IMG/VR virus record: IMGVR_UViG_3300044820_000060
Coordinates: 1 to 60,892 of that record
DNA: 60,892 nt
Strand: one strand, 5' to 3'
DNA from: a virus
Lineage: Duplodnaviria; Caudoviricetes
Part shown: positions 7,751-16,345 of the stretch, in pieces
How the letters are laid out: the number at the start of each line of letters is the position of its first letter
Position numbering within the stretch: the first letter of the stretch is position 1
The notes under the pieces: generated by a model
What the model was told of the DNA's origin: nothing
Databases searched by the model: none
What the model saw: the letters and a program-made list of their open reading frames with translations, nothing else
Program-made: the position numbers and the translations under genes

Positions 7751-9268
7751 ATGAGATATATAAGCCTCTTCAGCGGCATCGAAGCCGCATCCTGCGCATT
7801 TCATCCGCTAGGCTGGGAACCAGTCGCCTTTGCCGAGACGGATCGTGCTGCGTGCGAACTGCTGGCGTATCGCTGGCCCGGTGTGCCGAACTTGGGCGAT
7901 GTCAGCAAAATCACCGATGAGCAGATCAAGACGCTCGGGCGCATCGATGTCGTGGTTGCGGGCTGGCCGTGCCAGGACGTGAGCATCGCCGGCAAGAGAA
8001 AGGGGTTCAAGGATGTCAACGGCACGAGCACGCGCTCTGGCCTTTTCTTCGAGGCAATCAGACTTATTCGAGCAGCAAATCCTCGATGGCTCGTCGCAGA
8101 AAACGTCCCAGGACTCTTCAGCAGCCACGGTGGACGAGACTTTGCAACGGTGGTTGGTGAAACACTTGGGCTCACCTTTGACGTACCGCGAGGCGGGTGG
8201 CCAAACTCCGGTATTGCAGCCAGCGCAAGAGGGCGCCTCGAATGGGCAGAGTTGGACGCGCAGTTCTGGCACCTGGCGCAACGGCGCGAGCGTGTGTTCT
8301 TTGTCGGATATTTTGGAGCCGACTGGAGTGATTTCGGCCCGATATTACTTGAGCGGGAAAGCTTGCTCTGGAATCCTCCGCCGAGCCGACAATCGCGGAA
8401 AGACCTTGCCCCCACAATTAGCGCATGCACTTCAGGCGGTGGCGGACTCGGGACGGACTTCGATCTCGATGGAGGATTGATCGAGGTCACGCACGCGCCC
8501 CGTGCCGATGGCTTCGACGCGAGCGAGGATGGCACGGGGCGCGGGACGCCGCTTGTGCCGGTCGCATTCGGCGGTAACAACACATCAGGCCCTATCGCCG
8601 TCTCGACGGCGATAAACGCCAAGGGCGGCAGCGGGCGGATGGATTTTGAGACGGAGACGCTGATTGCGTTCTCGTGCAAAGACCACAGGAACGATGCGCA
8701 GTCTGACATAGCGCCCGCCATGCGCGCCATGAACCACACCGAAAGCCATGCGAATGCAGGCGGACAGTTGGCGGTTGCTTTTGCCTTGCGTGGCCGGGAA
8801 GGCGGCGCAATGCCTGAAATGGAAGGCGACACGGCGGGTGCGCTGCGGGCGGCTTCTGGCGGGTCGAGCAGGAGTTATGTGGCGTTCCATGAGAACCAAC
8901 GTGGAGAGCTCACGGTCAACGATACAGCGGGAAGCCTGAAAGTCGGCGGGGGTAAACCAGGCCAGGGTTATCCTGCTGTGCAAGGACCGTGTGGAGTTCG
9001 GCGCCTCGTTCCCGTCGAGTGCGAGCGCTTAATGGGCGTGCCTGATAATTATACGCGCATCCCCACTCGTATCTACGCCAGCAAACCCCGATCGAAGCAT
9101 TACGACAAATACCCGGACCAATACGACCGCAACGAGGATGGGACGTGGACGCGCTACGCGGCGGACGGTCCAAGGTATAAGCAACTCGGTAACTCGTTCC
9201 CCGTTCCCGTCGTTCGCTGGATCGGGACTCGCATCGCCGCAGTTGACAAAATGCTGCGGAATCTGTGA
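7751..9268 (+). CDS. DNA (cytosine-5) methyltransferase, orphan
   Basis: Motifs FSGIEA (I), GWPCQD (IV), ENVPG (VI), QRRERVF (VIII), RRLVPVECERLMG (IX), YKQLGNS (X). Confidence 0.95.
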   Translation: MRYISLFSGIEAASCAFHPLGWEPVAFAETDRAACELLAYRWPGVPNLGDVSKITDEQIKTLGRIDVVVAGWPCQDVSIAGKRKGFKDVNGTSTRSGLFFEAIRLIRAANPRWLVAENVPGLFSSHGGRDFATVVGETLGLTFDVPRGGWPNSGIAASARGRLEWAELDAQFWHLAQRRERVFFVGYFGADWSDFGPILLERESLLWNPPPSRQSRKDLAPTISACTSGGGGLGTDFDLDGGLIEVTHAPRADGFDASEDGTGRGTPLVPVAFGGNNTSGPIAVSTAINAKGGSGRMDFETETLIAFSCKDHRNDAQSDIAPAMRAMNHTESHANAGGQLAVAFALRGREGGAMPEMEGDTAGALRAASGGSSRSYVAFHENQRGELTVNDTAGSLKVGGGKPGQGYPAVQGPCGVRRLVPVECERLMGVPDNYTRIPTRIYASKPRSKHYDKYPDQYDRNEDGTWTRYAADGPRYKQLGNSFPVPVVRWIGTRIAAVDKMLRNL

Positions 9269-9509
9269 ACCAACAGTTGACATAACCCTCCTTCCGTGCA
9301 ACAAATACCCCTGCCCGAAAACGCAGAAAGAGGCGGAGTTCGGAAAGTTTAGCGCCGGGCTCCGTCTCGCTTGCGGGTTGACAAAACCAGAGAGGTTTTT
9401 AACGGAGAACGGTCATGTAGTGCCACCGGAACTTGGGGCCATCGCCGGCCTAGCTCTAAGTCGTAATTATGAGGGTTTACACCAGCTGATTGTTCGAACG
9501 ACGAGGCGT

Positions 9510-9880
9510 GAATAAGGCGAGCGGCGGTGAGATCCCGCCAACAGTTTCGCGGCGATGCCGCAACGAGTTTCTGGGTGGATGCGAGGCGTTAAGGTGTTGC
9601 GCTAATCTGGCTGATCTGCCGGGTTGGAAACAATTCGGGGCTGCACCCAGGAAACTAATCCCCTCCTCGGAGGGTTCGAGTAGACCGCGTAGCCGGTGTT
9701 TCCGGCGGTGAAGATGGTGGCGTCATCGTGTGGGTAGGGCGGCACAGCCCGAGAGCAGAGCGCAGATCCGGTTCGGCTTCGCGGCCAGCTTTAGCTGGGG
9801 GTCTTTCATACCCGGCCAATCTCGCAGTCAGTCACCAAAACGAAGCCGGGAATCTCCAACAGGGGTTCCCGGCTTTTCTG
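9510..9880 (+). ncRNA. Candidate large structured ncRNA
   Basis: No credible ORF; many nested stems including the long-range GTTTCTGGGTG/CACCCAGGAAAC pair; ends in a terminator; 5' boundary approximate. Confidence 0.4.
9843..9880 (+). terminator. Intrinsic terminator
   Basis: AAGCCGGGAATCTC-caaca-GGGGTTCCCGGCTT followed by a T-rich tail. Confidence 0.7.
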
Positions 9881-9899
9881 TTTCTCAATGGCGGCAAAG

Positions 9900-9935
9900 A
9901 AAAAGGCCAGCGAATCGTTGATCCGTGGCCTTTTT
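9900..9935. terminator. Bidirectional terminator-like hairpin ending the FtsK operon
   Basis: AAAAAGGCCA...TGGCCTTTTT. Confidence 0.55.
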
Positions 9936-10023
9936 GAAACGTAGGCATCAGCCGCCCACCGTGTTCCGACCTTCAGAATGTGCTATTTCCTATCTCCCAT
10001 GTCAAGTCGTTTCCCGGCTTTTC

Positions 10024-10179
10024 TTATGCCTTTCGGATGGCACCAATTACGAAGAAGGCGACGGTGAAAAGGATGGTGCTGAGTTCATGATCAACCTGCG
10101 TACGCGGCCCAAACAAGAGAGCGGGCACGTTAGCGCAGGCCATACCCAAGGCGTACATTTGCCAATCGCGGAGTGTCAT
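10024..10179 (-). CDS. Small two-helix membrane protein
   Basis: MTLRDWQMYALGMACANVPALLFG...ILFTVAFFVIGAIRKA; AGGAAGGA RBS. Confidence 0.6.
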   Translation of the reverse strand: MTLRDWQMYALGMACANVPALLFGPRTQVDHELSTILFTVAFFVIGAIRKA

Positions 10180-10213
10180 CTTAGGTTCCTTCCTGTAAAG
10201 CGTTGGTTGTCGC

Positions 10214-11407
10214 TCAGCCGACAACAACTTTCAGATCGGCGTGCTTGAGAGCGATCCCGCGATAGTGCCGCCGGCCGTTCTCCTCGATGCGATCGATCTT
10301 GTGGGTGTCCCTCATGGCGTTGCCGAAGAGAGTTAGGTTTAGGTGTCCCACCTTCTTCCCCTTGCACCATCCGATATAGGACTCATGGGCCTTCGCGCAT
10401 TGGAGCTTTTCGCCGGGTGTCTTGACTGTCCTCTCCTTAAGCCAGTCCCCCACGTCACCTGTCTCTGTGTCTGTCTTGGGTGTCCTCTTCGGAGGTGTCT
10501 TCGGAGGCGTCTTCTTCGGCGCCGGGGTGTCCTTCGGTGTCTCATGAGTGACAGGAGACGGATGAGTGACAGTTTGAGTGACAACGGGCAAGGTGTCCTT
10601 TCTCGCCAGAGAGACACCGAACAGGGCCAGGATGATCATGGGGCCGCTGAAGGCCAGGAGTTCGACGCCAAGTGCGAAGCCGATCTTGCGCCACTCCGAG
10701 ACTGTCTCGTTGGCATAGGGCGTCACGGGCGACACCACGGCCATGATGCGGATGAGCTTCGCCGCGGTCGGGTCGACGTCTTTCGGCAGGGGCCCGAGGT
10801 CCGCGAGAGCTTGCCGCGTTTTTGCGATAGCATCCTTGGTCGAGGACTCCTCGCGGGTGAGGTCTCTGTCTCGTGTGGCCTTATCGAGAGCCACCTTGGC
10901 GTCGGTAGCCTGCTTCCCGAGAGAGAGACAGTTCGGCCCTCGTCCCCTGCGACACTCGGCGTCCCGTGATGTCTCCGCGCTGCGCAAGTCAGCGGCCTTC
11001 GTCGTCACGGTCTCATCGCTGGTGACGACGTGCGCGGCGATCATCTTCTGTGCTGTCTCAAGCCTGGTGATCTCTGTCCTCAGTCCATCCGCGCGCGTCA
11101 GCTTCTCTCTGGCCGAGCCGGTGAGATACGCCTGGATCACCTCGCCACTGTCCAAGGCGTTCGCGAAGTTGAGGATAAGGAGGACAGCGCCGACCACAAA
11201 GCACGTCCCTTGGTGCAGAGGGTCCGCGAGTCTCTTTACCGCGAAAGGTAGAGCAGCCATCACCAAGACGGACATGAGGAAGAAGACAGCCACGCCGGCA
11301 TCTCTCGCATTGGAGATAGTCTCTATGTGAGGGAGGACATTGCAGAGAGCCGAAGGGGCCACGCAAGCTGTCGCGAGACCTCCAGCTATCAAGCGTTGAG
11401 AGTTCAT
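10214..11407 (-). CDS. Membrane-anchored coiled-coil protein with C-terminal D5/RFX-like winged helix (paralogue 2)
   Basis: About 3 TM helices, coiled coil with ECRRGRGPNC, TM helix, T/P-rich linker, DVGDWLKER...AHESYIGWC...FGNAM...GRRHYRGIAL. Confidence 0.8.
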   Translation of the reverse strand: MNSQRLIAGGLATACVAPSALCNVLPHIETISNARDAGVAVFFLMSVLVMAALPFAVKRLADPLHQGTCFVVGAVLLILNFANALDSGEVIQAYLTGSAREKLTRADGLRTEITRLETAQKMIAAHVVTSDETVTTKAADLRSAETSRDAECRRGRGPNCLSLGKQATDAKVALDKATRDRDLTREESSTKDAIAKTRQALADLGPLPKDVDPTAAKLIRIMAVVSPVTPYANETVSEWRKIGFALGVELLAFSGPMIILALFGVSLARKDTLPVVTQTVTHPSPVTHETPKDTPAPKKTPPKTPPKRTPKTDTETGDVGDWLKERTVKTPGEKLQCAKAHESYIGWCKGKKVGHLNLTLFGNAMRDTHKIDRIEENGRRHYRGIALKHADLKVVVG

Positions 11408-11859
11408 GGTCTCTGTCCTTTGAGAGTAGCTGTCGCGCAAGGTGTCTTGAGACTAGCTGTCCACGCTCTTTGGTTCGCAGGTATTGCGTCGGCGCAGCCG
11501 CAGGTATACCGGCGAAAAACCGGCCTAATTGGGCAAAAAGGCCAGCAAAACGTGCGTTTTTGCCGATCACGTGGGGAAATCACGTTATACCGGCGACCGC
11601 GGCCACGTGAGGTGTCTTTGTGTCGGGACGTGCTCATCGTATCGTCACCTTATGAGGGACGTTGTTCCGGTTTGAAACGCGGTCCATCCTGACGCGAGGG
11701 TGGTCTCTCATCTCCTGCTTGATGATGCTCTCGGATGCTCCCGTTACCTTCCTCACACGCATGATCAGATCCGTGGACGTCCACTCTCCTCGCAGGAGGT
11801 CGATCTGGTGTCTCACACGCTCCCTTGCGTCGGAGAGACGCTTGCCGCGACGGGGTGTC
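10304..11859 (+). repeat. Co-oriented GGTGTC(Y) motif cluster
   Basis: Exact GGTGTC at 10304, 10342, 10416, 10479, 10494, 10526, 10536, 10592, 11441, 11611, 11807, 11854; GAGTGACA three times near 10546-10583. Confidence 0.75.
11404..11637 (-). CDS. Small basic hypothetical protein
   Basis: ATGA overlaps with both neighbours; no recognisable motif. Confidence 0.35.
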   Translation of the reverse strand: MSTSRHKDTSRGRGRRYNVISPRDRQKRTFCWPFCPIRPVFRRYTCGCADAIPANQRAWTASLKTPCATATLKGQRP

Positions 11860-13529
11860 TCTGTCTCATCGCCCTCCACGTCGAAGTCCTGGTAGTCCGG
11901 CTTGCCGAGTCTCTTCAGCGCCTTCACGGCGTCCTCTACCTCTTCCTCGGAGACGTAGGCGCCATGAGCGCGGGTGAGTTTGCCTCCGGTAAGGTAGAGC
12001 ATGTCTCCCTTTCCAAGCAGGGCTTCCGCTCCGCTCTTCCCGATGATGGTTCTGGAGTCGATTTCGTTTGCCATCTGAAAGCAGACACGGAATGGGAAGT
12101 TGGCCTTAGTCACCCCGGCGAGGACGTTGACGCTTGGTCGCTGCGTGGCAAGGATGAGGTGTATCCCGGCTTTGCGCGCCGCTTGCGCAAGACGCTGGAT
12201 GATTGTCTCGATCCGATCTCGATCGGCCGGCTTCCTCATATTCGCCATAAGATCAGCAACCTCGTCGACAACGACGACGATGTAGGGAAGCCTCTCGTTA
12301 ACCTTGGCGTTGTAGCTTGCAAGTGTCTTGGCCCCGACAGCTTCCAACTTCTCGTACCGCGCATCCATCTCATCTGCGATACCCTGAAGCGTAGCAATGG
12401 CCTTGTTCGTGTCGGTGACGACTGGACATAGCAGGTGCGGGACATCCTTGTATGGCCCGAACTCAACGCGCGCCGGGTCAATCAGAGCGATCCGCAACTC
12501 TTCTGGCGGGTGCCCGAAAAGGAGGGACAGGATCAGCACATTCAGTTCTACGGATTTTCCTGATCCGGTTGTACCGGCCACCAGCATGTGAGGCATTGTC
12601 GCGAGGTCTACGATTAACGGATCTCCGTTTGTGGCCTTGCCCAAGATGAGAGCCAACACCGCTTGGCTGTTTCTGTAGGCTTCAGACTTGACCATCTCTC
12701 GAAACAGGATCATCTCGCGCTTGTCGTTGGGTAGTTCAACGCCAATCGTCTTTGGCCCGAGGTTGGGGATGATGCGTACAGACTCAGAACCCATGTTGCG
12801 AGCAACGTCATCCGCCCGCGCAACGATCGCGTCCGACTTCGTACCCTTGGCTAATTCAATCTCGTAAAGCGTGATGACAGGGCCAGTCTTGACACTCTTG
12901 ATCTCTCCTTCGAAGCCATAGTCGCCCAACGTCTCCATCAAGGCTTCAGCCTGGCGCTTGACGGCCGGGTTACTGTGCCGCACAGGCGCGGCTCCGCACT
13001 TAAGCGCGTCTTCTGGCCGCTTTGGGTCAATGAAATGGTCGTAGGGGATCTTCGGAACGATCGGGACGAAGAAGTTCAGCCGTTCGGCCCCGGGGAAGCG
13101 TCGCGCGAACAGTTCTTCAATCTTGGACGCCACGAGAACAGGCACGGGCGTCTCGAAACGCCATACAGCAATGATCGCGCCACGGTAGGGAAAGGTGACT
13201 GCCGGCGGCGTCTGAAGGAGTCCCAGAGCGTCTTGTTGGCTGAACGGTAGACGGACACAGATCGCCGATACATCGCGAATATCGTCGAAATCTGGGCGCC
13301 TGATGAGAAATGAGCGCGGACAGCCGGCGAGGCAGCGCACTTCGCGGCCAAAAGATTGCTGCTCCGAAATGAACTTGTTGGCTTCGGGCCGGTCCACATC
13401 CCCATCATAGGGGATGGTGTCAACATACCGCCGGTTCCCGTCGATTGCGACAAGGAGCCACGGAGTCTTCGGAAGCAGTCTTTGAAGCAGGATTGGCATG
13501 TCCTGCAAAATAGCGCCATTTATGGCCAT
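11634..13529 (-). CDS. FtsK/SpoIIIE-family DNA translocase with N-terminal degenerate RepB/AEP primase-like domain and no TM domain
   Basis: GPVITLYEIEL alpha domain; Walker A GTTGSGKS; Walker B YIVVVVDE; RKAGIHLILATQRP; GAEALLGKGDML; divergent helical C-terminus. Confidence 0.93.
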   Translation of the reverse strand: MAINGAILQDMPILLQRLLPKTPWLLVAIDGNRRYVDTIPYDGDVDRPEANKFISEQQSFGREVRCLAGCPRSFLIRRPDFDDIRDVSAICVRLPFSQQDALGLLQTPPAVTFPYRGAIIAVWRFETPVPVLVASKIEELFARRFPGAERLNFFVPIVPKIPYDHFIDPKRPEDALKCGAAPVRHSNPAVKRQAEALMETLGDYGFEGEIKSVKTGPVITLYEIELAKGTKSDAIVARADDVARNMGSESVRIIPNLGPKTIGVELPNDKREMILFREMVKSEAYRNSQAVLALILGKATNGDPLIVDLATMPHMLVAGTTGSGKSVELNVLILSLLFGHPPEELRIALIDPARVEFGPYKDVPHLLCPVVTDTNKAIATLQGIADEMDARYEKLEAVGAKTLASYNAKVNERLPYIVVVVDEVADLMANMRKPADRDRIETIIQRLAQAARKAGIHLILATQRPSVNVLAGVTKANFPFRVCFQMANEIDSRTIIGKSGAEALLGKGDMLYLTGGKLTRAHGAYVSEEEVEDAVKALKRLGKPDYQDFDVEGDETETPRRGKRLSDARERVRHQIDLLRGEWTSTDLIMRVRKVTGASESIIKQEMRDHPRVRMDRVSNRNNVPHKVTIR

Positions 13530-13532
13530 CGC

Positions 13533-14558
13533 CTAGATCACTCCATCCCCAATAGTCACCCCCTGATACGCATCACCAACCGAATCAAGTCCGCCATCAG
13601 ATTTCATCCGCGCTTTGAACGCAGCGAGATCCATCGGAGCGGTTTTGTTCTCTTTGCAAAAAGTGCTGTATTTTGCGTGTGCGTCGGCTATCGACACTGA
13701 CTGTTTAGGATCGGGAGAGATCTTGACGCAGCGTGCCAGCCAGATTTTGAACACTCTGGAGACATCTTGATCGTCGGCCGGCTTCGGAGGTGGTTGTGTG
13801 CCCGCCCCGGGATAGCCTGTATGCGGCTCGCGCCAGATCGCATTACCTGTCTCTGCCGAGAACGGAGAGCCATAGGCCGATAAACCATGAGCGGCGCCAA
13901 GCATCAGGACGGCGGCGGCATAGGTGAGCCACGCCCGCTGCAGGTCTTCGTCTGTTCGCGGCGCTCCTGGCCAGCGGATTTCCCATTTCGGAGCTCGTTC
14001 ATTCTCACGCTTCGCGTCGGCTAATTCGGCGGAAAGTTCTTCGCGCAGCCCGCACCGATAGCCGCGATAAATGCAATCATCGGACACGGCCCTGAGATTG
14101 GCGCGCAGCCCATCAAGTGAGCGAACGTGCCGGAAAGCCTGTGTCGGGATCGTCGGCGGGTAAAAAATCAGGAAATAGGCGATCACCGCCGACGCCGCCC
14201 ATGAAATTGCAAGGCACAGGTTGAGAAGCCGCCAGTTCGTCGCGGTCCAGTCGTCCCGGCGTTGCCGCAGGTATGGTATTCCGTGGAACAGGCCGGCCAG
14301 CGACGCCGAGACATAGGCAATGATCGAAGCCAGGATCGCCGCAACGATTGGTGTCGGCCATAGAATCCAAAGGACGCCGAAAAAGTTGAAGACAGCAATC
14401 AGCTTACCGATCGCGTTGCTGTTTCTGGAAAGCTCGGACGGCAGGCGCGTCGTTCCGACGGCCCCGCGCAACCCTTGTTCGATGTGATAGGGCAACGGCG
14501 GCGGCGAAGAATTTGTGTTCTTCGCCTGGAAGGTTACAGTTTGGAGTTCGCCGCTCAC
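13533..14558 (-). CDS. Membrane-anchored protein with C-terminal D5/RFX-like winged helix (paralogue 3)
   Basis: About 3 TM helices, DDCIYRGYRC...LSAELA, TM helix, VFKIWLARCV...AHAKYSTFCKE...FKARM...YQGV. Confidence 0.75.
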   Translation of the reverse strand: MSGELQTVTFQAKNTNSSPPPLPYHIEQGLRGAVGTTRLPSELSRNSNAIGKLIAVFNFFGVLWILWPTPIVAAILASIIAYVSASLAGLFHGIPYLRQRRDDWTATNWRLLNLCLAISWAASAVIAYFLIFYPPTIPTQAFRHVRSLDGLRANLRAVSDDCIYRGYRCGLREELSAELADAKRENERAPKWEIRWPGAPRTDEDLQRAWLTYAAAVLMLGAAHGLSAYGSPFSAETGNAIWREPHTGYPGAGTQPPPKPADDQDVSRVFKIWLARCVKISPDPKQSVSIADAHAKYSTFCKENKTAPMDLAAFKARMKSDGGLDSVGDAYQGVTIGDGVI

Positions 14559-14806
14559 GGTTGTTTCTCCGTCCTCTCAGGGTCCATCGCGGCGGCATGA
14601 AGTTTATCGTCGGCGGATTTGGCCCGAGACCTGTCGCGCTCCCCCAATAGTCTAGCAACTTCCGCTTCATGTGCGGCTTGACGAAGCTCATTTTGCCGTC
14701 GACGTTCCTCTGCGGCATCCATTTCGGCCCTGACAGCCTCAACGGTCTTATGCCCATAGAATTTTGCAGGCTTATAGGTGGGTGCCTTTATGAGAGATTT
14801 GCTCAT
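14555..14806 (-). CDS. Small coiled-coil protein
   Basis: MSKSLIKAPTY...AEERRRQNELRQAAHEAE; 4-nt overlaps at both ends. Confidence 0.65.
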   Translation of the reverse strand: MSKSLIKAPTYKPAKFYGHKTVEAVRAEMDAAEERRRQNELRQAAHEAEVARLLGERDRSRAKSADDKLHAAAMDPERTEKQP

Positions 14807-15207
14807 TCTGCGGCTTTCCTGATGGCTGGGAGGTTTTTTCTTTTGGCGATGCGCTGCTGCGCTGGCGGCGCTATCAGTTCGCCCTTGATCGTCTCGCCTC
14901 TTCGCCCAAACAACTCGCGTGCGATGGTCAGAAGGCCAACGAAAAGGAAAACCGCAATCGCCCAAACAAGCGGCGTCCAGTCAACCGTGATGTGTCGGTA
15001 TGTGTGCTCAGTTCGGGTGATCTGCTGCGCTGGCCCAGAACGGATAAACGCTTCGACGATCCAGCCGATAAAAACGCCGCCGATCATCATGATCTGCGCG
15101 GCCTTCGCCGGTATGCGATACGCTGCACAGAGAGCCAAGCCAAAGAGCAGGCCGATGATTCCCCAAACAAGGCCAGCGATGAAAAAATCCGAAAAAGGAG
15201 GTTCCAT
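14803..15207 (-). CDS. Three-TM membrane protein
   Basis: Three hydrophobic stretches; TAATG and ATGA coupling. Confidence 0.7.
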   Translation of the reverse strand: MEPPFSDFFIAGLVWGIIGLLFGLALCAAYRIPAKAAQIMMIGGVFIGWIVEAFIRSGPAQQITRTEHTYRHITVDWTPLVWAIAVFLFVGLLTIARELFGRRGETIKGELIAPPAQQRIAKRKNLPAIRKAAE

Positions 15208-15728
15208 TAGCGGTGCCTCTTACGCTGCACGGGTTTGTGAAGTCGCTTCAGGTGTGTCATGAGCGGTCGCACATCAGGCAGGACCGCTGCAGGCGCTAGG
15301 GCCGGGACAGGCTGCACGGTCTGCGGTACGGTGGTCACGTGATCAGGTGCCGGGAATTTCGGATGCCAGCGCCAATGTGCCGGCGCGAAATACCAGTACG
15401 CGCCGAGACCTATCGCCAGGACGGCCAGGATCACGCCATACGCCCGTATGTGTCCGACGCGGGTAACGACGCGCCAACTGTCCTCAAGCCACTGGATAAG
15501 CAGGATCGGAGCTTTGGCGACAGCAAAGCCGAGGACAACGCCGAGGCCGACTTGAACCGCAAGAATATCGGTGAACAGCGCGACGATCCCGACGCTCGCA
15601 TACATCACGAGAATGCAAGCGAGCGCATACAGGAATCCGACGCTGACACGGACAAAGTGGCCGAGGTCGGAGATGTCCTCGACGATCTCATTTTCAATTA
15701 CGGTGAGGATGGGCTGCGGCTTCTTCAT
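15207..15728 (-). CDS. Three-TM membrane protein with Pro-rich tail
   Basis: Hydrophobic stretches; GGAGG RBS; ATGA coupling. Confidence 0.7.
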   Translation of the reverse strand: MKKPQPILTVIENEIVEDISDLGHFVRVSVGFLYALACILVMYASVGIVALFTDILAVQVGLGVVLGFAVAKAPILLIQWLEDSWRVVTRVGHIRAYGVILAVLAIGLGAYWYFAPAHWRWHPKFPAPDHVTTVPQTVQPVPALAPAAVLPDVRPLMTHLKRLHKPVQRKRHR

Positions 15729-16345
15729 CTGGACACCTCAAGCTGACGCAGAGGCAACCGTTTATTGACGGGCGAGGCACGCGAGGGCGCTGTGCAGATC
15801 GCCCGGTGTTCGGGGCACCAGATAGAGCCCGGCGCGCGGTCGCGTCCGCAGTAGAGCAGGCTCGAAGCCTCCTCGATGTAATGGCACTGTCCGGTTCGAA
15901 GCCGCTCGAACGAGACATCAAGCGTAATATTGACAGTCCTGCCACGAAATGGTTGCGGGTTTTGCTTCGGCGCAAATGTCCGCTTTTTTGTCCGCTTCGG
16001 TTCGGTCGGATTCGCTGCGCGCTGTGCCGCCAGCCAGCGTATCCGCCCCTGGCGCACTTGCTTCTTGCGGAGTTGTGGATCTTTGTGAGCTAGTCCTAGC
16101 CTGGCAATCTTCCCGATCACGGCGTCTTCGGTGATCGGCAGAGCGTCAGGAAAAGCCACTGGATCGTTCAGGCGCGCGGCAATCGCGCTGCACGTCAATC
16201 CAAGCCCATCAGCCCACAGCGCGATAAGGAGGTCTACGCGAGGGCCGGTCCACGGGCTTATCTTGTCGTTACGGCCTGCGCCCCTTTTGGGTTTTGGTGC
16301 CGGGGGCCTCGTCGTCGGGAATTGGAGAAGATGGTGAATACTCAT
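15725..16345 (-). CDS. gcrA: Second GcrA-family homologue
   Basis: WTGPRVDLLIALWADG...SAIAARL...TEDAVIGKIARLGL; L..GQCHY...LYCG...WCPEHRAIC. Confidence 0.8.
   Translation of the reverse strand: MSIHHLLQFPTTRPPAPKPKRGAGRNDKISPWTGPRVDLLIALWADGLGLTCSAIAARLNDPVAFPDALPITEDAVIGKIARLGLAHKDPQLRKKQVRQGRIRWLAAQRAANPTEPKRTKKRTFAPKQNPQPFRGRTVNITLDVSFERLRTGQCHYIEEASSLLYCGRDRAPGSIWCPEHRAICTAPSRASPVNKRLPLRQLEVSR

Noticed and set aside
11634-13529. Host chromosomal ftsK, packaging ATPase, or T7SS EccC / T4SS coupling protein
   Set aside because: No N-terminal TM domain or canonical gamma domain, a single ATPase domain, a separate terminase is present, and no WXG100, relaxase or VirB genes are visible
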